A DNA stretch of 64,000 nucleotides, taken from contig OY740794.1 in NCBI GenBank assembly GCA_963514005.1, positions 60,884,001 to 60,948,000 of the forward strand, given 5' to 3'. Within the stretch, counting starts at the first letter, position 1, and every line of letters begins with the position of its first letter. Positions 46,800 through 59,368 of the stretch are shown here, piece by piece. The notes beneath the pieces are model-generated. The model saw only the letters and a list, made by a program, of their open reading frames with translations. It had not been told where the DNA came from and searched no databases. This DNA comes from Raja brachyura (taxonomy: Eukaryota). The position numbers and the translations under genes are program-made.

Positions 46800-47862
46800 G
46801 ATAGACCCAAAAAGCTGGAGTAACACAGCGGGACAGGCAGCATCTCTGGAGACAAGGAGTGGGTGACATTTTGGGTCGAGCCCCTTTTTCGGGGCGCTGT
46901 CCAGTTGCGTATGGCTGCCCTGCCTGTAGCTGTCCGTCCTTTCATTCCTTTTTAAATTTTAGTATGTAAAATGTTTTGTTTGGAGGTCTAATCTTTATTA
47001 TGTGGAGGGTGGGGGGGAGGGGCAAACTGTATTTCTCAGTCCCTACCTGGTCGGAGAGGCGGCTTTTCTCCGAGCCGCATCTTCGCCCCGTCCTCGCGGC
47101 TTACCATCAGGACTGGAGCGGCGTTTCCTGTCGGGTCCGGCCAGAACCTCGGCTTCGGCGGCGGTACAGCGCTGGAGCGCCATCGCGAAGCGTACGATGC
47201 CTTGCCCGGGTCGCCGTGCTGGAGCTCCGGAGTCCGCTGATTGAAGCATCGTGGAGCTGCGGGGTCTGTGGAGCGGCCAGCCGCAGGCGGCAGTGCTGAC
47301 TTTAACACCGCAGAGCCTGGGATCTCTCGCCGACATCGCCAGTGTTGGAGCTCCGACCAGCGCGGCCTGTGGACTTTGGGAGCCGCGCTCTCCGGTAAGG
47401 AAGCGGCCGTCCCGGGTATTCCAAGCCGCTGAGAGGGTTCTCCCAACGCCGGAGCACCATCATCTGGCGAGTGGGCCTGAAACATCGGGCCACCATAGCA
47501 ACGACTGCGGAGGCCTCAATAGGCCCCGACCATAGGTGAACAAGAGGAAGAGGATTGGACTTTGTGCCTACCCCCACAGTGGGAACCATTGTGGGGGGAT
47601 ATTTTTATGTTTAATGTTAAATTCTTCTTTAATGTTGTGTTGTATTCTTATTAGTGTGCTGCAATGGCAACTCGAATTTCACTACATCAATTGGTGTATG
47701 TGACAATAAATGAACCTTGAACCTTTGAATTTTTGAACCTTTCAGACACCCAAAACGTCACCCCTTCCTACTCTCCAGAGATGCTGCTTGTCCCGCTGAG
47801 TTACTCCAGCTTTTTATGTCTATCTTTGGTTTAAACCAACATATGCAGTTCCTTCTTACACA
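46800..47862. repeat. Penelope-derived hairpin element interrupted by a GC-rich retroposon
   Basis: Arms AAAGCTGGAGTAACACAGCGGGACAGGCAGCATCTCTGGAG (~46811) and its inverse (~47775-47815). Confidence 0.7.
46891..47735 (+). mobile_element. GC/CpG-rich non-LTR retroposon (non-coding) with AATAAA and (GAACCTT)n tail
   Basis: Ends GTGACAATAAATGAACCTTGAACCTT. Inserted in the centre of a hairpin element. Several overlapping ORFs without recognisable motifs. Confidence 0.6.
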
Positions 47863-48431
47863 TTAGAATAAAGGGAAGTCTTCAGAGGTTTTTATTATTT
47901 TTTTGTATCTATAAATCATGTTTTGTGGATTCCTTGTGCATCTTATCAATTTAGTGGCAAATACCAAAAATAATCATTTAATTCTACCACAATTGTGGCA
48001 CCTTTAGTGTAATGTCAGATGAAGGCAAAACATTTACATTTGCACAATAATGGTTGATTCATTTGATATGTTCTGCTTGTGTATATTTTGGATACATGTG
48101 AAATAATTCCCACCTTCTATGTCATCCATAATCTTTTTCCCCCAACTGAACATAATAGATATTAAACGCTTTAAAAAGTCAAACACAGTAGTTTTATAAT
48201 TATTTGTAATTGGAGAATCCAGCAGTTACTAGTATCAGATCAGCAGAGGGTAAGAGAACAATGGTTTTCATTAGAGATTGAGGTGTTAGAATCATGTACA
48301 CAAAGCTCTCATGAGGACACTAATGAGATACAATGAGCTGCTTTGATACTATTAAAATAGGACTTATTGCAGTTTCTAATCTCCAAGGTGATCTACAATC
48401 TCCTTAACCATGTTCTGGTGCTCTTAGTGTT

Positions 48432-48560
48432 AAAGAAGGAACTGCAGATGCTGGAGAATCGAGGGTTACACAAAAAGCTGGAGAAACTCAGCGGGTGCAG
48501 CAGCATCTAAGGACCGAAGGAGATAGGCGACGTTTCGGGTCGAGACCCTTCTTCAGACTG
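48432..48560 (-). repeat. Solo Penelope terminal repeat with intact hammerhead core (48529-48556)
   Basis: GACGTTTCGGGTCGAGACCCTTCTTCAG is the reverse complement of CUGAAGAAGGGUCUCGACCCGAAACGUC. Confidence 0.7.
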
Positions 48561-48694
48561 GACTTTTAGCCAGCTGCAAGAAGGTGTTCTCTTAGTTAAA
48601 ACTATATCCATTACCTTAGATTCTGATCAGACACTCATTATCATCCTCTACCAATAAACATACCTTGATCTGACTGCAATCCTTTGTCTCACCT

Positions 48695-48825
48695 CGGAAG
48701 TCAGGGGTTATGGGGAGAAGGAAGGAGAATGGGGTGAGGGAGGGGAGATAGGGCAGCCATGATTGAATAGCGGGGTAGACTTGATGGGCTGAATGGCCTA
48801 ATTCTGCTCCTATCACTTGTGACCT
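48695..48825 (+). mobile_element. CR1 3' UTR fragment (different subfamily)
   Basis: GTCAGGGGTTATGGGGAGAAGG...GAATGGCCTAATTCTGCTCCTATCACTT. Confidence 0.7.
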
Positions 48826-49039
48826 AACAGCTCTATAAGATCAAGACCCTGACACCTCCACTCAGAAGCCAAGCATAATTTATGTGTAATCCTGACCTAA
48901 ACCTTGAGATCCCAATGCACATTCAGCCAATGTCCCAACTCTCCAATGCTGCCTCTTTCTGAACAATGTACAATCCATAACCTTGAGTCAATCTCATTTC
49001 CCCCAATTTCAATGCAGTAGGAAAGGCGTTGTGTGTGCT

Positions 49040-49195
49040 AGTTCTGCAAAGACTGCTTTTTTTTCCTTTTCTCACGCGTTTATCATATTATTTACAGTGT
49101 ACTATGTTTACATATTCTGTTGTGCTGCAGCAAGTAAGAATTGCATTTTTCTATCTGGGACATATGACAATAAAAACACTCTTGACTCTTGACTC
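49040..49195 (+). mobile_element. Rex1/Babar-like LINE tail (empty-site paralog of 43170-43590)
   Basis: TTTACAGTGTACTATGTTTACATATTCTG...ACAATAAAAACACTCTTGACTCTTGAC. Confidence 0.7.
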
Positions 49196-49419
49196 AGGAG
49201 TCACAAGTCTCATATTCACTTGAATTTTATGTGGCATACCCTTGCACAAAACGCGTTGTCCTGCTCTGCATTCCCAATTTATCTCACCCTGCTATGTAGG
49301 AGCAATTCTGACTAAATGTTTTGCCAGGCTCTTCAAGGGAAGAGTAATGTGAATCTTTAGTCTGTCCTCCTTTAAAGTGAGGAGCAGCAAAAATGAAAGG
49401 TGACTTATTTCTGCTTTTT

Positions 49420-50165
49420 ATAGGGGGGAGTTGCATGTAAGGTCATCAGGTCAAGGGGTGTGACGCACGGAGTAGCTCAATCCTTCTGGGGTACGGCAGC
49501 TTCCGGCTTACACTAGTAACACACAAAACACGCACGTTCTTACCTGTTAGAAACCGCCAAAATAGTCAATTTTTGCGCTGTAAATTATTGTGGAAATAGG
49601 GATAACCGTGAGAGAAAATCGCCAAAATCACTGTTGCTCACTGACTTGCGAAAGAGCAGCGTGCCATCGGATTGAGGGCAAGTCCCGGCCCAAGACCGCC
49701 CGGGGCTGGAGTCACCCTCCAGTCTGAACCCGAGCTCCAAGGTGCAATCGCCGAAGGAGCGGATCCCTCGGGACAGCCTCCACTCTCGCCCCGGGGTCAG
49801 TGATGTCCAACCACGGCCGTCCTCCGTCTGCCCCTATGCGGCCGCACTGTGACGGGCTGTGGGTCGGCAGCGCCCACACACACGGGGCTGGGTGGAGCGG
49901 GGTCGCTGCTCTGGGCAGCGGACACACGGGGCTATAGTCCTAGCAACGTCGCCGTCAGCTGCAGCAGAGTTGTGGACAGTCTGGTCCCTCCGCCCACCCA
50001 GAGTCACTGACCATACTGCGCCGGCACTGGTACCGGACCCCGACCCCGACCCCCACACCAGGGTGACTCACCACCCCCCCCCCCCCCCCCTGATTCGCCC
50101 CCCGACCCCCAGACCTCCACCACCACATGGGGTGATTCCCTCCTCCCCTCCCGACCATGGAGCTG
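49420..50165. mobile_element. GC/CpG-rich repeat, probably a partial non-autonomous DNA transposon
   Basis: Abrupt switch to CpG-rich sequence at TAGGGGGGAGTTGCATG, with C-rich low complexity at the distal end. No matching second TIR seen. Confidence 0.4.
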
Positions 50166-50194
50166 ATATGACAATGTTTGACACTGTGCAGCCA

Positions 50195-50480
50195 ACAAGG
50201 TGCTTTGGAATTGCTTTCATCATCGCAGCGAAGGGAGCACAGTGGCTAATTTGCATGCAGTACAATCCTACAGTCAGCAGTGATTATAAATGACCAGATA
50301 ATCTGTTTCATTCATATTGATTGAGGGATAAATCTTAACTGGAATATTGGAAGGTCCTCCCTGTTCTTCAAGTAGTGCAAATGTTTAAAATCTCTGAAAA
50401 AAAGCAGTCTTTCAGCAGTACAATCTCTAGAGTGGGGTTGCCCTTTCAATATTCTGACTCCAAAGTGAAAGTGCTGCTGG
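50195..50480 (-). mobile_element. Deu-domain SINE (SacSINE1-like), degraded
   Basis: AATGACCAGATAATCTGTTT...TGAGGGATAAAT matches the reverse complement of the Deu core as recalled. Confidence 0.6.
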
Positions 50481-50614
50481 CTGAGCAAAGGCAGGCACCA
50501 TTTTATTATCAATATCAAACAATGTTATCGACAGTTCTAGCTGGGATTAAGTACTTGCACTGATCCATTTCTAACAAGCTATTGACAGAAACATTCATAT
50601 CAGGGTGACTTTAT

Positions 50615-50835
50615 CAAGAGCAGTGGAGTTATCCCTGGTGCCTAAACCAGTATTTACGCTTCAATCAAATATCACCAAAGGTTAACTGGTAATTTTCATA
50701 TTGCTGTTTGTGTACAAATTGGTTGCTGTGTTTCTCACATAACATGAGGGACTACACTTCTAAAGCGCTTCATTGATTGTAAAGTGATTTGGAATGGTTT
50801 GAGATCATGAAAGGTGCTGCAGAAATGCAAATCAT
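50615..50835 (+). mobile_element. Deu-domain SINE (SacSINE1-like), degraded, with L2-type tail
   Basis: GAGTTATCCCTGGTG...ATTGCTGTTTGTG...CAAATTGGTTGCTG...ACTACACTTC...GAAAGGTGCTGCAGAAATGCAA. Confidence 0.65.
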
Positions 50836-51387
50836 TTTGCAAAAAAACAAAGATTACCCTCTCCTTGAACCTTTATTTATTACCTAAAACTTGTTGGCCT
50901 AGTTTTGAATATTTAAAAAGCATTGTTCGTGTTTGTCTGTGTTGTGATCTCCTCACTCATTGTCAATCATGGCCGCATATGCATTTGGGCTCTTCTGTTC
51001 TGGTAACTGAGACAGTAGTGAAACATGATTTTCTTATTGTCCACAAAATTGATGGAATGATTTTTCTACTTTCACATTAAATTGATTAAATAGATGTGAA
51101 AAATCAGGCACTACTGTTTATTGCGCGGTATTAAAAATCAGAATGAACGATCCAGCAGATTAATTCACTGAATCTGATGCTGTTGATTAATAACATTCAC
51201 CTGATTGTATAACTTAACAAGATGACAATTGGCCTGTTCAGCACTAGTGGTTAATTCATTATCACTTCTTCATTGAAATGGATCAACACCAAAATGCATA
51301 CTCCACGGAACAGTAGCTGCCATGTATGCTGATAAAATGAAATCATTATTATAAACTTTACTGTTCAATCATTCACTGAAATATATT

Positions 51388-51832
51388 CATAGAAACATAG
51401 AAACATAGAAAAATAGGTGCAGGAGTAGGCCATTCGGCCCTTCGAGCCTGCACCGCCATTCAATGTGATCATGGCTGATCATCCAACTCAGTATCCCGTA
51501 CCTGCCTTCTCTCCATACCCCCTGATCCCTTTAGCCACAAGTGCCACATCTAACGCCCTCTTAAATATAGCCAATGAACTGGCCTCAACTACCTTCTGTG
51601 GCAGAGAATTCCAGAGACTCACCACTCTCTGTGTAAAGAATGTTTTCCTCATCTCGGTCCTAAAGGAATTCCCCCTTATCCTTAGACTGTGACCCCTTGT
51701 TCTGGACTCCCCCAACATCGGGAACAATCTTCCAGCATCTAGCTTGTCCAACCCCTTAAGAATTTTGTAAGTTTCTATAAGATCCCCCCTCAATCTTCTA
51801 AATTCCAGCGAGTACAAGCCGAGTCTATCCAA
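51388..51832 (-). mobile_element. CR1 (HER1-type) LINE 3' end
   Basis: ORF 51488..51832(-) DRLGLYSLEFRRLRGDLIETYKIL...GYGEKAGTGY with a (CATAGAAA)3 tail. Confidence 0.93.
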
Positions 51833-54059
51833 TCTTTCAAATTCAAATTCAAATTAATTGGAAGTAGACTCCATTTTAAAAAAACAGATTTGACGAGGTA
51901 AAAATTGTTTCCTCTAACTGCTCAAGTAAAAATACCCGACAAGCATTTGAAAACTGAAAAATGAGGATGCAGACTAATATGAAAGTGTACTTCACTAGGG
52001 ACAAAGCTGAAATGGTGAGACATCTTAAATGATACATTGAAATCATATTGTAACACAGCAAAGCTTCAAGTGGCTTTACACAAAGGACAGGTTGTTGCTT
52101 AAGTCCCTGTGTCCTGCCTGTGATATTATATATTGATTTAACACATGAATCTCGCAAGGCTGACAGCAGGATCAAGAGAAACCTAACAGCTTTTAAAAGT
52201 TGAACCGGGGATGGTGTATTTTTAGTTGATTTCCATTCTACCAGTTCTTTAACTGGCTGCATAAACACAGTGCTGCAGTGATAGTGTGTCCGCGAGTCGC
52301 GATGTCAGCCCACACGTCCTGTAATATATTTATCTCGCTATTATATGCATCATATTGCCACTTGTTAGTGATGTCATGACCTCGTATTTCACACATGAAC
52401 AATAACCAAATTACCACCACCAATCAGTACAAGCATTAAATATCAGGAGCCATTTAACAACCAGTTCTCATGCGGATGAGCCACACGCAAATTGGATGCA
52501 GTAAATTCAGATGATTGGTGCAATTAGTTCACCCTTGCAAGACCTAGACTGTACTGTAAAACAATCTAGACTAAATGTAGACATCATGTACTCTTGGCTG
52601 GCAGAGCCTCTATAATATTTGAGAAATTCCTCTGTGTGGTTGATGCTGAGATCTTCATCTTCCTTGCTGAACTTTGCCAATTTAGCCAGTCTGGCCTTGT
52701 TCATAATAGCATTAGACTTCAAGCAGAGTGTGATACTCATACCATCACATCGAAGAAACAGGTTTGATGAATAGGATTCTGGCAGATATCCTGGCCAAAG
52801 TTTATCCTCACTAGCTTTGAATATTTTGTTATATTGCTATCAATGAGATCTCGCTGTCCACAGCTTGTTGCTGGGCTTCCAGGGTGTTCTAGACCTGTTT
52901 CTAGTTGAACTAAGGTTGAAAATGGAGAGTAGATTGGAAAAAAAACACTTTGGCCAAGGTTACAAGCAGTGTTGTTTAGTTTTGGAGAGTTGTCAATGGG
53001 ATTAAGACACCAGAATGTAGATTGTGACGTAGACCAAAGATGGAGGCTTTCCACTTACTCTCCTCTTTTGGAAAATCCAGTATTAGATGAGCAGAGGTGT
53101 GACCAAGTACAGATAATGGAGAACTTGACTAATCTGGCAATGTAGGAGCCATTTGTAAAATCAGTTTAGTGCCAGCGTATTGGGAATGTGACCAATGACC
53201 AATTCATGCATACACCTGTACTGAATCTCCCCATGGCTCCATCTTAGGCTGCAATCAGAATGGCTTGATCCTCTTTGTAAGATAAAAGGCCTTATGTGAA
53301 AGTGCTATCAATTTGATCAACGGGAATGGATTTCATTCACTGACAGCAGATTGTGAATAATGTCAGCCACCTCATTCTACATGTCAATGCCTGCTACCCA
53401 GGGAATAGCCATGATTTACTTATTCTCAGGCAATTTAAGGTACTTGCACTGCTCAGCCTAGTCCTATGTTAGGAATACTGATTTGAGACCAGTGGCATCC
53501 ACTTTAACCAAGGCTGATAACTTCTTTCTGCACTCTGAAAACAAAGGTCAAACACAAGAATAATGAAGAAATGAGTGCTGGAAGAATATTAGTCAAAGTG
53601 GGTTAAAGATTTCCGCCCAGTTTCAGTTGTGTGAGAAGCTGGGGGTACTCTTTCAGCATCATTATGGCTTGCTGAATCACCTATAATTTGGTTATTATTA
53701 CAAATTAGGTGTTCCAGATTTGAAAGAGGAGTTATACATAACTGATCTCTTTGATCATGGGGAAGATCCCTGGAGAGAGAGATTGCAGCCTGCTCCCAGT
53801 GACTCATGTTATCAGCTAACAAATCAATGCCGGTTTGTGCCTTTATCGAGTGTACTGTCCGTTTCCACAAAATACCCTTTCATTATCTCTTGCCTTGTTC
53901 TTATTCCTCCAGTGTAATGTAAATCTTGCATTCCAAGCGTGAATGCCTCTGAGTATCATGACAACAGAACATTAACAGGAATTTAACAAATGATTAATAT
54001 AATAAAATGACCCAGAGTCTAGAAAACAGGTTTCTGCCACCTTCTTGGCAAATATATTT

Positions 54060-54325
54060 TCGGACAGCACAGTTGTGCTGCAAGTAGACTTGCTGCCGCA
54101 CAGCTCCAGCGACTCGGGTTGCATCTTGTCCCCCGGTGTTGCCTCCAAGGAGCTCGCACGTTCTCCCAGTGAATTCATGGCTTTCTTCTCATCTGAGTGG
54201 AGGAATCTGGGGAGAGCTAATGGGGAGAATATGGGGAATATTTAAATGGGTTAAGGTAGGATTAGCGTATAAATGTCCGCTTGATGGTCAACAAAGAACT
54301 CGGTCGGCTGAAGAGTCATCATAAC
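54060..54325 (+). mobile_element. Degraded V-SINE
   Basis: GCACAGTTGTGCTGCAAGTAGACTTGCTGCCGCACAGCTCCAGCGACTCGGGTTGCATC is a tRNA-like head similar to the HE1-like copies. Confidence 0.55.
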
Positions 54326-54666
54326 TATGACAGTACAACAGTGAATGCAGCACCCAGCCATTCAATTACTTTTTGACCACTTGAATTTGGATGATGCTTA
54401 CCCAATTAATTTAATTTGTAAGGTTTATTGAATTTTTTGGGGCTTATAGACAATGATATAGTTCAGTCAAAGATCAGCACATTACAGTTATAACATTCCG
54501 TAGCATTAATAAGGAAATGATGCCTAGAATGTACAGGATTCTTAAGAACATGATCCGGTGTCAAATTATTTTGTGAAATCAGACTACATTAAAAACCGGA
54601 ACTCTAAACAACTAAACGTTGACTAAAGAAACGTTGCATAATGTGATAAAACTAACATTTCACTCT

Positions 54667-55198
54667 AGTTTAGTTTAGAGATACAGAGATATAGTGCAGA
54701 AACAGGCCCTTCGGCCCACCGATTCCGCGCCAAACCAGCGATCACCACACATTAATGCTATCTACACCCACCAGGGACAATTTACAATTATACCAAGCCA
54801 CAAATTAACCTACAAACCGTACGTCTTTGAAGTGAGGGAGGAAACCGGTGATCCCGGAAAAAAACGAAGATAGACACAAAATGCTGGAGTATCTCAGTGG
54901 GACAGGCAGCATCTCTGGATATGCTCACACCTTACACTTCCTTATCTCTGTATCTCCCTCTACCCTGACTCAGTCTGAAGAAGGGTCTCAACCTGAAATG
55001 TCACGTATCCCTTCAATCCAGAGATGCTGCCTGTCCCGCTGAGTTACTCCAGCATTTTGTGTCCATCTTCAGTTTAAACCAGCATCTGCAGTTCCTATTA
55101 GCTGGAAAAAACCCACGCAGGTCACGGGAAGAATGTACAAACTCCGTACAACACCCATAATCAGGATTGAACCCGGGTCTCTGCTGCGCCACCGTGCC
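54667..55198 (-). mobile_element. HE1-like V-SINE interrupted by a Penelope hairpin element (~54866-55097)
   Basis: Same SINE as 45568-45868. Inverted arms GACACAAAATGCTGGAGTA / TACTCCAGCATTTTGTGTC lie in the middle. Confidence 0.8.
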
Positions 55199-55858
55199 GC
55201 GTGTAACTATGATAGTATAACAGTGAGGGCATTTTTTCAGATGTAGAAAGGACATTTCCCATTCCTTGATTAGAAATATTGAAACACAAGTAATTGAAAT
55301 ATTAAAATAAAGCACGCAAGTCTGCTCTGATTTGGTAACTCCATTCAGATCAGGGTGATGACCATTCTTGCAGCTCAATGCAGTTCGTTGAAGTCAGTGA
55401 AACCAGATCTTGAAAATTACTGCTTCACAGAAACGAGTATGTTGCCCATTTAACATCACTGATTCAAGGATAAATTTCGTTAGATATTGGCTTGAGTGAT
55501 CATCAATGGTCAGAACGTTTAGCAAACCTCCCCTTTCCATATTCCTCCTCATATAATTTGTTTTTTTATATACCCACCCAGAATGTAGATTCAGCAATAG
55601 ATTATGATCTCAACCAAGTCCAATGAAACCACATTCTGTAGCACTGCACAGGTGTGGATGGTGGATTCGAGTCTCTGCAAGGTTTGTACCAAAAATGACT
55701 GGGTTCACAATGCGGCCAGTTAGCCACAGTTGACATCTTTTTAAAGAATGCTCAGAGCATAGTGCATGCAAATCTGAGTTGTTGACCTTTTATGGAAGAC
55801 TAGCCTATAATAATGCAAGAATGTTGCATTTATGGAATATTTTATTACATGGGCAAGT

Positions 55859-55967
55859 TAAGGGGCATTGTATATGGTTATTTTGTAAGACTAATAACCC
55901 ACAGAGAAATGCCACTACAACAGTAGAGAATTTTAAATGACTTACAATAAAATCTAGGCATAAATAA
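55859..55967 (+). repeat. ~109-bp direct repeat, copy 1 (left flank of MITE)
   Basis: TAAGGGGCATTGTATATGG...GGCATAAATAA, repeated at 56681-56789. Confidence 0.92.
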
Positions 55968-56680
55968 ATGCCCCTGTCCCACTTAGGAAACCTGAACGGA
56001 AACCTCTGGTGACCTTGCGCCCCACCCAAGGTTTCCATGAGGTTCCCGGAGGTTTTGGTCACTCTCCCTAATGGTCGAAAGTGGTTTCCGCGTGGTCGAG
56101 GCTTCTTCTATGTTCCTTTGATTATTTCAACAAAATCAAAACCGGTCTCGACTAAAAATAGGTTCCTGTTTGGTCGAAGCCAGTGGAGTGGGGTCGCTAA
56201 TTACTTACAGACAGTCGAAGGCAATCTCCTTTGCTGATCGGCCATTTTGATTGGCTCATTGGAGTTTCACGACCTAAAAGGACCCACCGGAAGGTAAAAT
56301 GGCTGCTAAACTTCATTAAACTTCTTAAAACTGTCTCCACTCCTTCTCCCCCCCCCTCTCTCCCCTTCTCCCCCCTTCTCCCCACTTCTCTCCCCCTTCT
56401 CTCTCCCCTTCTCTCCCTCCCTCCCGCGCTCTCTAAAGGACTTACCATGCTCTGTGGCAACCGTTTACCTTCCCCTTCATTCGCACAGACAGCGCTCCTC
56501 CGCTGTCCCTGGCCCCCACCTTCGCGATGTGTGTGTGCGGTCGGAGGTAGATGCAGCTCACGCTTCAGTCAAGGCTTTCCAGGCGAGTGACCAAAACCTC
56601 TGCCGACTCATGGAAACCTTGGGTGGGGTGCAAGGTCACCAGAGGTTTCCGTTCAGGTTTCCTAAGTGGGACAGGGGCAT
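55968..56680. mobile_element. PIF/Harbinger-type MITE
   Basis: ~73-bp TIR ATGCCCCTGTCCCACTTAGGAAACCTGAACGG... with 1 mismatch. TAA TSD at 55965-55967 and 56681-56683. Confidence 0.93.
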
Positions 56681-56789
56681 TAAGGGGCATTGTACATGGT
56701 TATTTTGTAAGACTAATAACCCACACAACAATACCACTACAACAGTAGAGAATTTAAAATGACTAACAATAAAATCTGGGCATAAATAG
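56681..56789 (+). repeat. ~109-bp direct repeat, copy 2 (right flank of MITE)
   Basis: About 9 differences from copy 1 by manual alignment. Confidence 0.92.
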
Positions 56790-57509
56790 TTGCTCCCATT
56801 TTTTTTTTAATGGCTTTAAAACATGAAATTTTCTTTACATAAATTAGGTTAACTAATATTATTTAGATAAGGAAACTTATCATTCATCCGTAAAAAAAAG
56901 CCTGAATTTTCATCTAATGCATATTGATGTTCCAAAATGTTTGACTAGTAAGCCTTAGAGAGATTTGAAACTGTCTTCTATTAACATTTGGCTATAATGT
57001 TGAATTTAATTCTTAAGGGAATTATTCCAATAACACACACTGTTTCTTGGAATGTGGATTGGATCCAGTTGAAGCATCTGTGCAGGATTGTGTTTGTTGC
57101 ACAATGTATCAGTTTGAATAAATGGGAATGATTAAGACATTCCACTGACATTCATGTGCAATGTATTAAATTGTTTAATGTATGTGAGCCTAATGGTAGG
57201 TGGCTATGAAAATGTATCATAGCTTCAATGTTGTGACTATTTTATAAAATGTAATATTTTATCATAAATCTTACTTTTTAATTTAAATGCATTGTGAATT
57301 GAGTAGAACTGTTTGTGATTTCAGGAGAATAGGGCAGAGAGAAGAATATATATTTGTCATATGCACTGGATATGAACCAGAATAGTGAAATCCTTTCTTG
57401 CTGCAACTTTACAGGCACACCACCCCTCGGCCCCCTGCATCCAAGCAATAAAGCCTGGTCCTGCCCAACTTTTCCCTATTGCTCAGGACCACAATCCACA
57501 ACTCACACA

Positions 57510-57733
57510 ATGTCTGTGGAATTCTCTGCCTCAGAGGGCGGTGGAGGCCGGTTCCCCGAATACTTTCAAGATAGAGCTAGATAGGGCTCTTAAAGATAGC
57601 GGAGTCAGGGGATATGGGGAGAAGGCAGGAACGGGGTACTGATTGTGGATGATCAGCCATGATCACATTAAATGGCGGTGCTGGCTCGAAGGGCCGAGTG
57701 GCCTACTCCTGCACCTATTGTCTATTGTCTATT
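57510..57733 (+). mobile_element. CR1 3' fragment
   Basis: LWNSLPQRAVEAGS...GYGEKAGTGY with a (TATTGTC)n tail. Confidence 0.88.
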
Positions 57734-58448
57734 GCCCGCAAATCCTCGCAACAATCTAGTAAATCTTCTCAGAACACTTTCCAGCTTAAAAATGAAAGTT
57801 CTCTTTCATTAAATATTGGTGACCCTGTCTTGTCATCTTATCCTTTTCCAAATGCATAGCTCTTCTTCCTTAAAAAATGAGTCCAACCTTCTCCTGACAA
57901 CTGATATTACACTGACTGACCTATAGTTCCTCGATTTCCCAGTCAAATACAAAATATTTGTTTAACGTTTCTGCCATTTTTATTCCCGTCCTGTCTCAAC
58001 CTTTATTATACTTTTGGTATTCATTAGTTTGCCTTTATATGTCTTGCTTTGTATTCTAACGTCCACTTTATCACTTGGTAATGACTTTATGACAATTTTA
58101 TGATTTTCCAGCAGATTTCTCATGACACTAATTATTTATTTGAATGCTTGTCTCCCTAATCATATGAATCTTTAAGTGCCTATACATATTCCAAAACGTT
58201 CCTTCCAAAATAAATTGTTTGACACCTAGCAACATTAAATACCCAATCTGCTGGACTTTCTATCATTTTCAAGTATTATATCATGTCACCATATTGTTTG
58301 CAGTACCTTCCATATCTGTATTAATAGCAAACATAAAAGCACGTTTATTTTTTACTGTTTCTTGTTCGCCAACCACTTTGATCTACAATATGTTGGTTCC
58401 CTTTTAGCATAGCCTGCCTTTTACCAAAACGTTTTTTGAGACCGGAAT

Positions 58449-58938
58449 CACCAGACTGATTCCTGGGATGGCAGGACTTCCATATGAAGAAAGACTGGAT
58501 AGACTCGGCTTGTACTCGCTGGAATTTAGGAGATTGAGGGGGGATCTTATAGAAACTTACAAAATTCTTAAGGGGTTGGACAGGCTAGATGCAGGAAGAT
58601 TGTTCCTGATGTTGGGGAAGTCCAGAACAAGGGGTCACAGTTTAAGGATAAGGGGGAAGTCTTTTAGGACTGAGATGAGAAGATCTTTTTTCACACAGAA
58701 AGTGGTGTGTCTGTGGAATTCTCTGCCACAGAAGGTAGTTGAGGCCAGTTCATTGGCTATATTTAAGAGGGAGCTAGATGTGGCCCTTGTGGCTAAAGGG
58801 ATCAGGAGGTATGGAGAAAAGGCAGGTACAGGATACTGAGTTGGATGATCAGCCATGATCATATTGAATGGCGGTGCAGGCTCGAAGGGCCGAATGGCCT
58901 ACTCCTGCACCTATTTTCTATGATTCTATGATTCTATG
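58449..58938 (+). mobile_element. CR1 (HER1-type) LINE 3' end
   Basis: ORF 58468..58839 MAGLPYEERLDRLGLYSLEFRR... with a (TTCTATGA)n tail. Confidence 0.93.
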
Positions 58939-59034
58939 AGATATTGTATCAAATGTCTTTTGAATAGATGTCCACATCACATTTGCTGCAATTGGTCACG
59001 TCTTAACTTGCGTTAAGTTCAGCAATGGAGCCAC

Positions 59035-59368
59035 AAGGAACTGCAGTTGCTGGAATCTTGAGCAAAAAAACACAAAGTGCTAGAGGAAATCTGCAGGTTA
59101 GCCAGCATCTGTGGAGGAAATGGGTGGGTGACGTTTTGGGTAAAGACCCTTCTTCAGACTGATGGAGTAGTAGGAGGGAAAGCTGGAAAAGAAATTTGAG
59201 GGCAGGATAAAGCCCGGCCAGTGATAGGTGAATTCAGATGAGGGGGGTTTGATTACTATCAATCTGAAGGTCAGTCTAACGAAGGGTTCCAACCCGAAAT
59301 GTTACCTACCTATTCCCTCCACAGATGCTGCCTGACCAACTGAATTACTTTAGCATTTTGTGTTTTAC
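59035..59368. repeat. Penelope-derived hairpin element
   Basis: Terminal-repeat arm at 59035-59160 and inverted arm at ~59275-59365. Confidence 0.65.

Noticed and set aside
46976-47589. Cluster of overlapping ORFs or a CpG-island promoter
   Set aside because: Lies within a tailed insertion that splits a hairpin repeat; the ORFs reflect high GC content.
52500-53320. Possible ancient LINE RT remnant
   Set aside because: Only faint motif traces; too degraded to call.
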